From Strigamia acuminata (Eukaryota): DNA of 64,000 nucleotides. The translations under genes and the position numbers were made by a program. Shown here piece after piece: positions 63,513 through 64,000 of this stretch. The DNA lies in NCBI GenBank assembly GCA_949358305.1, contig OX442314.1, positions 4,278,001 to 4,342,000 on the forward strand. Reading direction: 5' to 3'. How positions within the stretch are numbered: the stretch's first letter is position 1; each line of letters opens with the position of its first letter. Under the pieces are notes generated by a model, which was not told the origin of the DNA, made no database searches, and saw only the letters and a program-made list of their open reading frames with translations.

Positions 63513-64000
63513 CTAAAGAAATTTAAAAAATCTATATCAATATATCTATCAACACCTCTAAATATGCAAGACTCCAGAAAAGCTAGGGTAGTGGTTCAAA
63601 CACTTTCGCATGCTAAACCCTTTAGCTAGTGGTGCATTGCCAGTAGTAATATACCAAGCATGATCAATGATTGTCGGATCTTGCGGTCTGATCGTAACTG
63701 GATCTTGTTGTAAAAGAACAGGTGTGGAAGCGAATATACAAAATGGCCAAGATCGTGTGGTTCTTTAAGTGTTCCTGTCTCGTAATTTGCCACTATGCGC
63801 GCTGGGAACAAGTAGGCCACACGGTCTAAAATAATTACATTAGCGCAACAAGCGGATTTTTATTCGAGTCATTATTTAATGACGTAATTTACAGGCCCGA
63901 TTACGGGTTGCCATTTGGTGGATTTCGGCTAAACTTTGCAAGTTCTTAGGGATAGCCTGAGAGGGCGCTAGAAAATTGTTACGCGCCTGAACCTCGCAGT

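Overview
AT-rich, intron-containing animal genomic DNA. An arthropod (myriapod or chelicerate) origin is inferred, not shown. In order along the window: (1) the 3' end of an LTR element, with a large spliced ORF of unknown function directly upstream of its PPT and 3' LTR (1-4988); (2) 20-22 bp minisatellites and a MITE; (3) a 4-exon TRAX/TSNAX gene; (4) a 9-exon ACP7-type purple acid phosphatase in which all three Fe(III)-specific ligands are substituted; (5) four tandem paralogues of an unrecognised ~180-aa secreted 8-Cys protein; (6) three tandem DEG/ENaC (pickpocket-like) genes. In the two copies fully inside the window, TWO complete ENaC subunits are fused into one ~800-aa reading frame, and their upstream regions carry RFX X-box-like motifs. 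(7) A 17-kb intron of the third ENaC gene is filled with nested transposons: a Copia with 78-bp LTRs, a hAT element, a Copia carrying an MBD-like domain, and a truncated Copia. Many Tc1/pogo, Harbinger, piggyBac and hAT MITEs sit in introns. All host genes are on the minus strand. Exon boundaries were reconstructed by eye; no database searches were run.
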